64,000 nucleotides of DNA from Candidatus Omnitrophota bacterium (GTDB lineage: Bacteria > Omnitrophota > Gorgyraeia > 2-02-FULL-51-18). Position numbers and translations under genes: made by a program. Position 1 is the first letter of the stretch. Every line of letters begins with the position of its first letter. Shown piece after piece: positions 37,001-46,586 of the stretch. The notes below the pieces were generated by a model. It searched no databases and was not told the origin of the DNA. It saw only the letters and a list, made by a program, of their open reading frames with translations. The stretch spans positions 14,464-78,463 of the forward strand of contig CAMDWQ010000002.1 in assembly GCA_945877765.1 (NCBI GenBank). Reading direction: 5' to 3'.

Positions 37001-39472
37001 CAAACAATGTTCTTAATCGAAAACTCTCGAAATAAACTCTCCCAAAATGGTTATGAATTGAATCATTTGGATAACCAGCTTATGTACTCTTTTTCCCGGA
37101 CGGTCATTGCCGGTTTTAGGCTCAGAATGCATAAAGATCCCAAGCTTATCCGGTTTGATCAACAGGTTCAGCGGCCGCGCAAATTTATTATTGAAAATTT
37201 GACGGATCGTCTTCAAAAGGCCAAGCCGTTTTTTAAAGAGAAAGGTTTAGATGAGAAGGTTTCGCAGAAACTTCTTTCAATTCTGATCTGGGAACAATTT
37301 AGTACACTTCTGATGAATGTTGTGGATTTTGAGCCCATATATTCCGACGAGTATGGCGCTATCCTGAAATCTCTGATTGAGCAGGGGCTCGTCGGTGGGT
37401 GGGTGATTCAGGATATTGCCCAACTGGATCGCGAGACACCGTCCGCACGAGCTAAAAGTAACTGGTCTTATATGAAAAAGATAATAGATGTTCTGTTTGT
37501 GGGAGAGGAGCCCGCTTTACAACAACAGTTCCTAGCCGCGGTGATGGAATTCAATCAAGAGTATTCCGTGGCGGGAAATTTGGACAAGGAAACAGAGCAA
37601 GCCATTTTTCAATTAAATTTCTTGAGCTATAGGCATCTTGACCGGTTCACGCCCACCTCGTCGCTCAGCGCCGTGGGACGCAGGATTGTGCGCCATAAGC
37701 TTCTTCCTTCGGAAATCGTCGAAGCTTATGAAAAAATTCAACGAGCGATGCGGACCAAAGGGCTTCTCAGTCCCGAACTTGTCTATGATTTATCGGCCGC
37801 AGACATTTCATCCGCACTGCTTTTAACTGATGCGGAAACCTTCTATTTTAATGATGCTCTTGCGTTTGGTTTTGACGCTGATCCTAACGATCCGCGATAC
37901 GCACGCTTAAAAGAAGCGTATCTGATCGATAAATCAATCAAGGGGTATTCCAACGGTGTTCTACTGGAATCTATCGGAAGCGTTCGGGTTATTTTGGAAT
38001 GGGAGCTAGAGATGCTCGGCGCCCGCAATATTCGTATTGAGAGAAATGCTTCGAACCTGGATCGTTATGAAGTGAGTTTTGACTGGTCATACGATGGGTC
38101 TGAGGCCTTTCGTAAGCCTCGTAAAATAATTTATACCCAGGGCACCTTCGAGTCAGATGATGGGTTTGCCGCGCACGCCAATAGCTTGACAGGGGGAATG
38201 TACCTACGTAAGGCCGATATGGGGCTTTTCGCGATTTCGGATATCAAGATGCCGGTTCTGATTAGTTTTGAGAATTCAGAAAATCTTCCCGGTTACGACC
38301 GTTTTCCACTCACGGAAATGGTCGGTGCCAGCGCCTCATCCGTATATATCAGTCAGCCAGATACAAATTATGCCGATGTTAATAAAGGCTCGGTCTATGT
38401 TCGGAAGGAAAACGCTCCAAAGCATGACGTGAAAAAGGGCGCCCGGCTCGCGACAGAGGATCAGGAGCATCTTCAGCGTCTCGCTTTGGAGTTAGCGGTT
38501 TCGCGATCTGAGAGCGAGCTGGGAAATGAAATTGCCGTTTCGATTGATGATGAGAATCCGTCGTTATTTCGCGTGTCGGTGGAACGCGACGCCGAAGGCG
38601 CTTTGATAGCCGTGAAAATGTTCTTGAGAGGCGACGATCAGCCGGTTGTTGATTTGAATGGGAATATTCGCCAGAGGCTGAGAAATTTGCAGGCTACGAG
38701 CACCTCCCCCACGGATGTTGTTCGGGATGCCGTTCTTACACCGATGAACATCGCAGCTATGAGGGCGGATGCCGCGATGCCTGCAGACCTCGAGAAAGAG
38801 ACGCTAGGGGCGTATGGCTTAGCAATTCCAATGGGTAGATTCGCGGCGTGGGACAGCGTTCGGTTTGAGGCTCAGGTAAAATTGTTATCGCGAGATATAA
38901 AAAAGGCTAAGGAAAAATCCAAATACAAAAAGGCCGTTTACTATCTGGAAGGTACCGATAGTTTTAGCGAGGCACAGCGATCCATCCTTCGGGATGAAAT
39001 TCAAAAAGCCGGTCTTGGGGAAGACGTTCAGTTTAATGCCGCGGATAAATTTAACGGAATCGTTATCCGGATAGCCTCTCCCGACGATGAAGAGGCTCTC
39101 GGGGTAGAGAGCAATGCACTGATTTTCCCCGTGTCTGGAATTCAGCCCGATGCGCTACTGGGTTGGTACGAAGCGCTCCGCTCGGCGACGTTTATCGCAA
39201 CCGCATTGGGAGGCCTATACACCGAGGCGGGTTTATCGCACCAGGACATTAACGCCGCTTCAGTCCCCATCGAGGTTTTTGAACATTTCAACAGCCGAGC
39301 CGAACATCGCGTGGCGGACCGCGCCGCATTCGCCGATCTCCTGACGGGTCGCATGCATAAAACCGACCGCGCCCGTTTCAGTTTTTATCTACCCATTATC
39401 GAGCGTGTTCCCACGGATCTTTTGATCGCGGCCGCACGTCTTGCGCTCCGCACAGCGGGCGTTTCGGCGTAA
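34058..39472 (+). CDS. 1804-aa exported modular protein: TIKI/EreA/ChaN-like N-domain, cargo modules including a class I SAM methyltransferase-like domain, separated by (G/A)ARL(A/S) motifs
   Basis: Uninterrupted 5.4-kb ORF; basic-hydrophobic N-terminus; QDAH, LEAG, RDERF, GGFH motifs; VDIGTGDG module; seven (G/A)ARL(A/S) copies. Confidence 0.8.
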   Translation: MKLDMFINRNLFKRRNRIGLRLISLGLVMSFLFQDLSYGGQRGQDRPLAQKTIYLVQDAHSNLSGQKSVATIIQGLALNEKVKTIYLEAGNGNESLSFLRGDADAERLKIAAASYLISGRLRGFEFANLTSTPNLTLWGVEDMELYAKSLSAYQMVSKDRGRLSAYLDRSVSAAETLKSSVYGGALLSFDQTIAGLKVKNDPESVIHFISGEAVKAGIDPKKYPHVRAYVSLKKLETRIDFEKASKEQAEAAGSLDPAEISKYPNLLLYARYEKRAAVLRSAAFVLEVDALEAQLYERFAASSDEKKLLQASRDLALFKKLIALTLTPDEYTEYLSRGESMEIERITGFLNKKIVDLNKFYEKAVFLEEGYANSVKICEDFYSLTLQRDERFVANTLTQMKERGENKAVLITGGFHAPNLKRLFAERNVNVVSIVPRIEQETNLKNYESQLLGPFAGQFNKSAHTVSTHTNMPVGLLTRDALGGPDGVDFCAAIHGARLSAKDLHKKMRQRSSLLGLPGVGLKSKILSGARLAKVDAMSVEENGRAAKIIERFIRLKDQAYLSSGLNVSSRNNFSNLVTHRMSSGERLLSWYFLSNEQCVVWEDLEDFKTNLTLSVSVLDHALRYESSELAEVPKDMIQRITGYRMAEGFALGINLSLLNKGFLPEHKAQIKVLRDNLHAIAYDWSALVDSVENRQATEGARLAESKPVSAARLADNAIVTGIDSPYPWDDLRQEDARKAQFKKPYFHDFLKNCFAGQESVKAVDIGTGDGWFVDEIAPIFETLFPGAIVQGVETDVAFGFENPSAFLAKNGPESMDFVSIVAPDPMRRTEQMEVADVLLRPNGVLYISGNYMTNIWATSWLLERGYSISRIPSFNQGPPFSPYEGQEFSGIILASKSNIKGFQYLKKMGWDVFVYNGARLANISIVQLPDIVRVADRVIDFIDHGVEFSNDREQLLAALKLVDFMSNNLNEFVPDTRQRTQTMFLIENSRNKLSQNGYELNHLDNQLMYSFSRTVIAGFRLRMHKDPKLIRFDQQVQRPRKFIIENLTDRLQKAKPFFKEKGLDEKVSQKLLSILIWEQFSTLLMNVVDFEPIYSDEYGAILKSLIEQGLVGGWVIQDIAQLDRETPSARAKSNWSYMKKIIDVLFVGEEPALQQQFLAAVMEFNQEYSVAGNLDKETEQAIFQLNFLSYRHLDRFTPTSSLSAVGRRIVRHKLLPSEIVEAYEKIQRAMRTKGLLSPELVYDLSAADISSALLLTDAETFYFNDALAFGFDADPNDPRYARLKEAYLIDKSIKGYSNGVLLESIGSVRVILEWELEMLGARNIRIERNASNLDRYEVSFDWSYDGSEAFRKPRKIIYTQGTFESDDGFAAHANSLTGGMYLRKADMGLFAISDIKMPVLISFENSENLPGYDRFPLTEMVGASASSVYISQPDTNYADVNKGSVYVRKENAPKHDVKKGARLATEDQEHLQRLALELAVSRSESELGNEIAVSIDDENPSLFRVSVERDAEGALIAVKMFLRGDDQPVVDLNGNIRQRLRNLQATSTSPTDVVRDAVLTPMNIAAMRADAAMPADLEKETLGAYGLAIPMGRFAAWDSVRFEAQVKLLSRDIKKAKEKSKYKKAVYYLEGTDSFSEAQRSILRDEIQKAGLGEDVQFNAADKFNGIVIRIASPDDEEALGVESNALIFPVSGIQPDALLGWYEALRSATFIATALGGLYTEAGLSHQDINAASVPIEVFEHFNSRAEHRVADRAAFADLLTGRMHKTDRARFSFYLPIIERVPTDLLIAAARLALRTAGVSA

Positions 39473-39655
39473 AGTCTGATACAATCTCTGCATACAGCGG
39501 GTTTCACAACTATCGAGAAAACGCTTACATCCAAACCCCGCCATTCACCTTGTGTTCTCCCTATTATTTTGATAAATTGGACTTCGATTTACTCGATTAA
39601 ACAGAAGGCAAGAGCGGTCGTGGTCAATACTAAAGAAATACGGAGCCTTTTTTAA

Positions 39656-40342
39656 GTGTCTAATTTTCTAAAATCTTCGGTGGGCCGTAAGAGTGTTATG
39701 GCGGTCACGGGTCTTTTGCTTTTTGGTTTTGTGATCATCCACATGATCGGGAATCTACAGCTATTTCTCGGGCAGGATGCGCTCAATGACTATGCCAAGC
39801 ACTTGGTAGAAATGCCTCTTTTGTTGTGGCCGGCGCGGGTAGTTCTGTTGGCGATACTCGTCACCCATATTTTTGTCTCGATGAGCTTGGCCAAGGAAAA
39901 TCGGGTGGCGCGTCCGGTGCGCTACACCCAGGGAGCTACGATTCAAGCCTCTTATGCTTCGCGAACGATGGTGATGTCCGGCATCATTATTTTTCTTTTC
40001 ATCGTCTATCATCTACTGCATTTTACTTTTGGAAAAATACAGCCGCAATTTTATGACCAACTGGATGCCGAGGGCCGCAAGGATGTGTATGGAATGATCG
40101 TTTACGGATTTCAAAATATTTATGTATCGGGCGCTTACGTGACGGCGATGGCCGTGCTCTGCTTTCATCTTTCGCATGGGCTGCAAAGTCTTTTCCAGTC
40201 GCTAGGATTGCGTTCAAACGCACTGGCGCCTCTTTTGAAAAAAATGGCGGTTGGATTAAGTTTGTTTATTTTTATCGGGAATACCTCTATTCCTCTTTCT
40301 ATTCTTCTGGGGTTTGTTCGCATGCCCGGGGTAGGGCGCTAA
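39656..40342 (+). CDS. sdhC: Succinate dehydrogenase cytochrome b558 subunit
   Basis: SSVGRK.VMAVTG, HMIGNL, four haem-ligand His in five TM segments, [11 protein letters not shown]. Confidence 0.93.
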   Translation: MSNFLKSSVGRKSVMAVTGLLLFGFVIIHMIGNLQLFLGQDALNDYAKHLVEMPLLLWPARVVLLAILVTHIFVSMSLAKENRVARPVRYTQGATIQASYASRTMVMSGIIIFLFIVYHLLHFTFGKIQPQFYDQLDAEGRKDVYGMIVYGFQNIYVSGAYVTAMAVLCFHLSHGLQSLFQSLGLRSNALAPLLKKMAVGLSLFIFIGNTSIPLSILLGFVRMPGVGR

Positions 40343-42255
40343 TGGAACTTAACGGAAAAATCCCCCCAGGGCCCTTAGCTGAAAAGTGGGACAAGCACCG
40401 CTTCAATCTTAAGCTAATCAATCCCGCCAATAAACGGAAACATGAAATTATTGTGGTGGGCACGGGTCTTGCCGGCGCCGCCGCTGCAGCCTCCTTGGCT
40501 GAGCTGGGTTATGGCGTGCATTCATTTTGTTTTCAGGACAGCCCAAGGCGTGCGCACAGCATTGCCGCTCAAGGCGGAATTAATGCCGCCAAAAATTATC
40601 AAAACGATGGCGACAGCGTGGAGCGTCTTTTTTATGACACGATCAAGGGTGGAGATTTTCGCGCGCGTGAAGCCAATGTGTACCGCTTGGCGCAGATTAG
40701 TACGAGCATCATTGATCAATGCGTTGCGCAAGGCGTACCGTTTGCGCGTGAATACGGAGGGTCGCTAGCCAACCGCTCTTTTGGCGGCTCGCAAGTGTCT
40801 CGCACGTTTTATGCCCGTGGTCAGACGGGGCAGCAGCTTCTTTTAGGTGCCTATCAGGCCTTGTCGCGTCAAATCGGCATAGGGAAAGTCAAAATGTATC
40901 CTCGCACTGAAATGCTGGATTTGGTTTTGGTTGACGGTCACGCCAAGGGTATCGTGGTGCGCGATTTGGTCACTGGGAAAATTTCCTCGTATGCCGCGGA
41001 TGCGGTGGTCCTGGCAACGGGGGGCTATTCGAATGCCTATTATCTTTCAACCAATGCCGTGGGCTGTAACGTGACGGCGATTCACCGCGCTTATAAAAAA
41101 GGCGCTTATTTTGCCAACCCTTGCTACACGCAAATTCACCCGACCTGCATTCCGGTCAGCGGGGATTACCAATCCAAGTTGACGCTCATGTCCGAATCGC
41201 TTCGCAATGACGGGCGTATCTGGGTCCCTTTAAAAAAAGGCGACAAACGGGCACCGGCGGATATTCCGGAGAGCGAGCGTGATTATTATTTAGAGAGAAA
41301 ATATCCCAGCTACGGAAATCTGGCTCCGCGCGATATTGCGTCTCGTGCCGCTAAGGAGGTCTGTGATGAGGGCCGTGGGGTGGGAGAGTTGGGTCTAGGT
41401 GTGTATCTTGATTTTGCCGATGCCATCAAACGGGTAGGCGCCAAAGTCATCGACGAGCGCTACGACAATCTTTTTGCGATGTATGAGCGCATCACCGGTG
41501 AAGACCCCTTCCGGTCGCCCATGAGAATTTATCCCGCGCTCCATTACACGATGGGTGGTCTTTGGGTGGATTATAATCTGATGAGCAATATCCCGGGATT
41601 GTACGTCATCGGTGAAGCTAATTTTTCAGATCACGGCGCCAACCGACTGGGGGCAAGCGCTCTGATGCAGGGCCTGGCGGATGGTTATTTTATTTTGCCG
41701 TATACGATCGGCGATTATTTAGCGGTGTCGGGGAAGGTGAAGGTCAAGGCGGATCACGCGGAATTTAAAAAATCCGAAGAAGATGTCTCACGGCGCACTC
41801 AACTATTTTTATCGATCAAAGGAAAGCGTACCGCGGATTCTTTTCATAAGGAGCTGGGGCTTTTACTTTGGGAAAATTGCGGAATGGCGCGGACGGATGA
41901 GGGGTTAAAGAGGGCACTGGCAAAGATTCCCGTCATCCGTGACGAGTTTTGGAAGAATTTGAATGTTCCCGGCGAGGGCCAAGAAATGAACAAATCGCTG
42001 GAGCGCGCGGGACGCGTGGCAGACTTTCTTGAGTTTGCTGAGCTTTTATGTCTGGATGCTCTCGAGCGAAAAGAATCCTGCGGCGGGCACTTCCGGCAAG
42101 AATTTCAGACCTCGGAAGGAGAGGCCAAGCGCGATGATGCCAATTTTTGTCATGTCGCGGCCTGGGAGTTTAAGGGCGTGGGCAAAGAGCCGGTACGCCA
42201 CCAAGAACCGCTCGTGTTTGAAAATGTCCATTTAGGCGAAAGAAACTACAAATGA
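40342..42255 (+). CDS. sdhA: Succinate dehydrogenase/fumarate reductase flavoprotein
   Basis: [47 protein letters not shown]. Confidence 0.96.
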   Translation: MELNGKIPPGPLAEKWDKHRFNLKLINPANKRKHEIIVVGTGLAGAAAAASLAELGYGVHSFCFQDSPRRAHSIAAQGGINAAKNYQNDGDSVERLFYDTIKGGDFRAREANVYRLAQISTSIIDQCVAQGVPFAREYGGSLANRSFGGSQVSRTFYARGQTGQQLLLGAYQALSRQIGIGKVKMYPRTEMLDLVLVDGHAKGIVVRDLVTGKISSYAADAVVLATGGYSNAYYLSTNAVGCNVTAIHRAYKKGAYFANPCYTQIHPTCIPVSGDYQSKLTLMSESLRNDGRIWVPLKKGDKRAPADIPESERDYYLERKYPSYGNLAPRDIASRAAKEVCDEGRGVGELGLGVYLDFADAIKRVGAKVIDERYDNLFAMYERITGEDPFRSPMRIYPALHYTMGGLWVDYNLMSNIPGLYVIGEANFSDHGANRLGASALMQGLADGYFILPYTIGDYLAVSGKVKVKADHAEFKKSEEDVSRRTQLFLSIKGKRTADSFHKELGLLLWENCGMARTDEGLKRALAKIPVIRDEFWKNLNVPGEGQEMNKSLERAGRVADFLEFAELLCLDALERKESCGGHFRQEFQTSEGEAKRDDANFCHVAAWEFKGVGKEPVRHQEPLVFENVHLGERNYK

Positions 42256-43016
42256 GCACACCAAGTATGAATTTAAAACTTCGCGTCTGGCGCCAAAAGG
42301 ATGCTTCCAAGGCCGGTAAAATTGAGGAATACGAAGCTAAAAATATTAATCCGCACATGTCTTTTTTGGAGATGCTCGATGTGGTGAATGAGGGCCTGGC
42401 CCAAAACGGCGTGGAGCCGATTGCTTTTGACAGCGATTGCCGTGAGGGAATATGCGGGATGTGTTCGCTGGTCATTAACGGCATTCCTCACGGACCGGAT
42501 CGCGGGACGGCGACCTGTCAGCTGCATATGAGAAAATTTAAGGACGGCGATACCATCACGATTGAACCGTGGCGTGCGAAGGCGTTTCCAGTGGTGAAAG
42601 ATTTGGTGACGGACCGCAGTGCTTTTGACCGCATCATTCAAGCGGGGGGATTTGTCTCAGTAAATACTGGCTGCGCTCCCGAGGCCAACGCGATCCCCAT
42701 TGGCAAGCATCTGGCGGATCCCGCGATGGATGCCGCGGCTTGTATCGGTTGCGGAGCCTGTGTCGCGGCCTGTAAAAACGCTTCGGCCATGCTTTTTGTT
42801 GCCGCCAAAGTATCTCATTTGGCCCTCTTACCTCAAGGGCAGGTAGAAAAAGCGGCGCGTGTCCAAAAAATGGTTGCTGCGATGGACCGCGAGCAATTTG
42901 GAAATTGTACCAATCAGTTTGAATGCGAAGCGGCTTGTCCCAAAGAAATCAGTGTTTCTTTTATTTCAAAAATGAACCAGGAATACTTAAAAGCATTCAA
43001 AGGAGATATCTTATGA
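42252..43016 (+). CDS. sdhB: Succinate dehydrogenase iron-sulfur subunit
   Basis: [33 protein letters not shown]. Confidence 0.96.
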   Translation: MSTPSMNLKLRVWRQKDASKAGKIEEYEAKNINPHMSFLEMLDVVNEGLAQNGVEPIAFDSDCREGICGMCSLVINGIPHGPDRGTATCQLHMRKFKDGDTITIEPWRAKAFPVVKDLVTDRSAFDRIIQAGGFVSVNTGCAPEANAIPIGKHLADPAMDAAACIGCGACVAACKNASAMLFVAAKVSHLALLPQGQVEKAARVQKMVAAMDREQFGNCTNQFECEAACPKEISVSFISKMNQEYLKAFKGDIL

Positions 43017-43453
43017 GCGATCTTGCGCCGGCGGCGCCGTCCGCGGGGGCCAAAAAAGTCCCCGGACCGGTTATTTTTGTGGCCATCTTGAATTTTTTGT
43101 CGGTCTCATTTTTGGGGATTATTTCGTTGGTTTGCCTGATAGCCCTCATCTTCGGCAACGTCATGGGTCTTTATGATGTTGTTTCCAAGCAAATGAGTCA
43201 GTATGCTCAGACACCCAATTATACTTATGGGGTGACGTTTATTTTTGGGGCGCTATTGGCGGCCTGCTTAACGTTTGTTCTTTTCTTTGTTTTTCTGGGG
43301 ATAGGGCTTCTGAAAAGAAAAAAAACAGCTTGGTATGTGCAGGTGGTGTTGAGCGTGCTGGGCCTTTTTGCCTTTCCGCTGGGGACGATCTTTAACGGCA
43401 TCATCTTATTCTTATTTTTCCGTCAACCAATTCGCGATTTTTTTGAGGTCTAA
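43013..43453 (+). CDS. Small integral membrane hypothetical protein
   Basis: Three to four hydrophobic segments, FPLGTI motif; ATGA overlap with sdhB; GGAG RBS. Confidence 0.75.
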   Translation: MSDLAPAAPSAGAKKVPGPVIFVAILNFLSVSFLGIISLVCLIALIFGNVMGLYDVVSKQMSQYAQTPNYTYGVTFIFGALLAACLTFVLFFVFLGIGLLKRKKTAWYVQVVLSVLGLFAFPLGTIFNGIILFLFFRQPIRDFFEV

Positions 43454-43455
43454 TC

Positions 43456-44307
43456 ATGCCGCTAGTCAAAGCTAAAATACGTGTGGGACACAGCCCGGAC
43501 GCGGACGACGCATTTATGTTTTATGCGATTGCTCACGATAAAATTAAAACTGAGGGAATCAAGTTTTCTCACGTAATCGAGGATATTGAAAGTCTCAACA
43601 AGCGGGCGTTTAAAGCGGAGCTTGAAGTGACCGCGGTTTCGGCGTTTGCTTTTTTTGAATGTGCGGACAAGTACGCTCTCATGGCTTGCGGTGCCAGCAT
43701 CGGGGATAATTATGGTCCAGTGCTTGTTTCAAAAAAAAGCATGTATGCCAAAGAGCTAAAAGGGAAGAAAATTGCCGTGCCAGGCCTGCACACGACCGCT
43801 TATCTGACACTGAAACTTTTTTTGCCTGATTTTGAAGAGGTGGTGGTGCCTTTTGATAAAATTTTAGATGCCGTAGAAAACGGCGAAGTCGATGCGGGTC
43901 TTGTCATCCACGAGGGACAACTGACTTACGGGAAGCTGGGATTTAAAAAAGTGGTGGATTTGGGCGAATGGTTTTATGAAATGACTAAACTGCCCTTGCC
44001 TCTAGGCGTCGATGTCATCCGCAAGAGCCTTGGCCGGGATATCATGAGAAAAACCACCCGGATTTTAAAAGAAAGCATTGTTTACGCGCTCAAACACCGC
44101 GAAGAGGCGCTGGAGTATGCGATGAAGTTTGGCCGCGGCGTTGAGACAGCCACGGCGGACCAGTTTGTGGGCATGTATGTCAACGACTACACAGTGGATA
44201 TGGGAAAAAAAGGCAAAGACGCGCTCCATTTCCTGCAAAAAGCCGCCATTGATGCGGGGCTAGTCAAAAAGAAACTTGCCCAGATTGAATTTGTGGACAT
44301 GAATTAA
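43456..44307 (+). CDS. mqnD: 1,4-dihydroxy-6-naphthoate synthase (futalosine pathway)
   Basis: GHSPDADDAFMFYA, DIESLN, YGPVLV, IHEGQLTY, LPLPLG, MYVN. Confidence 0.9.
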   Translation: MPLVKAKIRVGHSPDADDAFMFYAIAHDKIKTEGIKFSHVIEDIESLNKRAFKAELEVTAVSAFAFFECADKYALMACGASIGDNYGPVLVSKKSMYAKELKGKKIAVPGLHTTAYLTLKLFLPDFEEVVVPFDKILDAVENGEVDAGLVIHEGQLTYGKLGFKKVVDLGEWFYEMTKLPLPLGVDVIRKSLGRDIMRKTTRILKESIVYALKHREEALEYAMKFGRGVETATADQFVGMYVNDYTVDMGKKGKDALHFLQKAAIDAGLVKKKLAQIEFVDMN

Positions 44308-44321
44308 GCGGACCTAATTCT

Positions 44322-46136
44322 GTGGCTATAAAAAAATCCTCTCAGACATTTATCCAAAAATCTTCCGAATGGATACGCAAGCCCAAAAAAAGCGACGCCA
44401 ATTTAAAAGATTATTTTAAAACGTACCAATCTTTTCGCTGGAAGTCAGTTGAAAAAGAGTTTGACTGGCACAAGACGGGCAAGGTCAATATGGTCCACGA
44501 GATCATCGACCGGCACGCGCAAGGTGCTAGAAAAAATAAAGTGGCGCTTTATTTTTGGGATCCCGCATCTACCCAAGTCTATCCTCGGGGACGTGACGAA
44601 AAATATACCTTTTTGGATTTAAAAAAATCCTCCTCTCGTTTTGGGCATGTCCTAAAAAAATGCGGTGTCAAAAAAGGGGATCGCGTCGCTGTGTTTTTGC
44701 CTCGGACGCCGGAGCTTTACATTTCTATCTTGGGAATTCATCGTGTGGGCGCAATTCCGGTGCCGCTTTTCGAGGCATTCATGGAAACTGCAGTGCTGGA
44801 CCGGCTTTCTGACAGCCAGGCGTCTGTTATCGTGACCAACACAGCGCTTAAAGGACGGGTTCCATTTGAAAAATTAAATCATTTGAAGGGCGTTATTTTG
44901 GTGGACGAGTTAGAGGTCAGTAGAAGCGAAAACCAAGACAACGAACCTGCCTGCGATTTCTGCGATGTTTACAATTATTTTGAAGAGATGAAACTAGCAT
45001 CTGAGTCTTTGGAGCCGGTGTGGCTTAACAAGGACGATGGCTTGGTGATCCATTACACTTCCGGATCCACGGGAAAATCCAAAGGAGTTTTGCATCGTCA
45101 GTACGCGATGGTAGGGCACTTGCAGACATCCAAGTGGGTGCTTGATTTGCGCGAAGATGATATTTATTGGTGCACAGCCGATCCGGGCTGGGTGACGGGA
45201 ACTTCTTATGGCATTTACGGGCCCTGGTCGTTGGGGGCTTCGAGCGTCGTTCTGGGGGGGCGGTTTTCCGCTGAGCGCTGGTACGAGGCGATTCAAAAAT
45301 ACAGCGTCACGGTTTGGTACAGCGCGCCGACGGCGTTTCGGATGCTGATGGCTCAAGGTAAAACGCTTCCCAAAAAGTTTAATTTAAAAAGTATCCGCCA
45401 TATCTGTTCGGTGGGTGAGCCGCTTAATCCCGAGGCTCTGCGCTGGATTCGCGCCATTACCGGTGTCGCGCCGCACGAGACATGGTGGATGACGGAGACA
45501 GGGATGCACATTATCTGCAATTTCCGGAGCCTTGATTTTAAATTAGGCGCCACGGGCCGGCCTTTTCCGGGGACTTACGCGAGCGTTGTTGACGACAAGG
45601 GGAAAGAAGTCGCGCCCAACACGCTGGGAAATCTCGTGGTCAAAACCGGCTGGCCATCCTTGATGAAAGAGATTTGGAAAAATAAAGCGAAGTTTGACGA
45701 ATATTTTGAATTGAAGGGCTGGTACAAGAGCGGGGATTCCGCCTACAAGGACAAAGATGGTTTTATTTGGTTTGCTGGACGCGTGGATGATGTGATCAAG
45801 ACGGCGGGTGAGCGCGTGGGGCCGTTTGAGGTCGAGAGCGCTCTTATTCAGCACCCGGCCGTGGCGGAGGCTGGCGTCATCGGAAAACCAGATCAAGTGC
45901 GCGGGCACATTATCAAGGCGTTTATCAGCTTGCGTCCGGGATTTTCACCCTCAGATCATTTAAAAGCAGAAATTGCTGATTTTGTGAAAAAAAATCTCGC
46001 GGCACACGCTGCCCCGCGTGAAATTGATTTTCGTGACAGCATCCCCAAGACTCGCTCGGGGAAAATCATGCGGCGCGTATTGAGGGCGTGGGACCAGGGG
46101 TTGCCGGTGGGAGATGTTAGTACAATGGACGAATAG
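44322..46136 (+). CDS. acsA: Acetyl-CoA synthetase
   Basis: HYTSGSTGKSKG, WCTADPGWVTG, ETWWMTETG, GRVDDVIK, PKTRSGKIMRR. Confidence 0.93.
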   Translation: MAIKKSSQTFIQKSSEWIRKPKKSDANLKDYFKTYQSFRWKSVEKEFDWHKTGKVNMVHEIIDRHAQGARKNKVALYFWDPASTQVYPRGRDEKYTFLDLKKSSSRFGHVLKKCGVKKGDRVAVFLPRTPELYISILGIHRVGAIPVPLFEAFMETAVLDRLSDSQASVIVTNTALKGRVPFEKLNHLKGVILVDELEVSRSENQDNEPACDFCDVYNYFEEMKLASESLEPVWLNKDDGLVIHYTSGSTGKSKGVLHRQYAMVGHLQTSKWVLDLREDDIYWCTADPGWVTGTSYGIYGPWSLGASSVVLGGRFSAERWYEAIQKYSVTVWYSAPTAFRMLMAQGKTLPKKFNLKSIRHICSVGEPLNPEALRWIRAITGVAPHETWWMTETGMHIICNFRSLDFKLGATGRPFPGTYASVVDDKGKEVAPNTLGNLVVKTGWPSLMKEIWKNKAKFDEYFELKGWYKSGDSAYKDKDGFIWFAGRVDDVIKTAGERVGPFEVESALIQHPAVAEAGVIGKPDQVRGHIIKAFISLRPGFSPSDHLKAEIADFVKKNLAAHAAPREIDFRDSIPKTRSGKIMRRVLRAWDQGLPVGDVSTMDE

Positions 46137-46142
46137 CGTCAT

Positions 46143-46289
46143 GGCGGGAGGTTGTTTATTTTTGCAGCGAATGCATGCGACGCGCAGGCTGCTATGTGTA
46201 AATTTTTTTACAGCCTGAAGCTCGACGAAAGTCCCAAGCCCCGTCGACGCGGAGCGGCAATTTGCGGAAAAAATAAACAACCTCCCGCC
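46143..46289. repeat. Branched palindromic intergenic element (MITE/REP-like or structured RNA)
   Basis: Perfect 21-bp inverted repeat 46143-46163/46269-46289 enclosing stems CAGGCTG/CAGCCTG and TCGACG/CGTCGA. Confidence 0.8.
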
Positions 46290-46325
46290 CACACCTATTT
46301 TTAGACTATTACACAAAAGGAGACT

Positions 46326-46586
46326 GTGATGTTCGAGCAAATTAAAGGAATGGCGGGGAAATTTCAGATGATGCAGAAAATGATGCAGGATGAGGATTTT
46401 AAGGCGTTTGTTTCCAATCCTAAAATTCAGGCGCTGTTTGGGGATCCTGAGTTTAAGGAAATTGCAAAAACGCGCGATTTTAGTAAGATCCTTACCAACC
46501 CTAAATTTTCAGGTCTGATGAAGGACCCCGAAATCGCGTCGTTGGTGGCCAAGCTCAACCCTAAAAAATTCATTCCCACCCCATGA
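46326..46586 (+). CDS. Small STI1/HOP DP-repeat-like protein
   Basis: Met-rich helices with NPK, GDPEF, TNPKF, KDPEI repeats; AAGGAG RBS. Confidence 0.65.
   Translation: MMFEQIKGMAGKFQMMQKMMQDEDFKAFVSNPKIQALFGDPEFKEIAKTRDFSKILTNPKFSGLMKDPEIASLVAKLNPKKFIPTP

Noticed and set aside
38018-38029. GARN as an eighth motif in the giant protein
   Set aside because: It lacks the Leu-Ala and sits within an apparently continuous domain.
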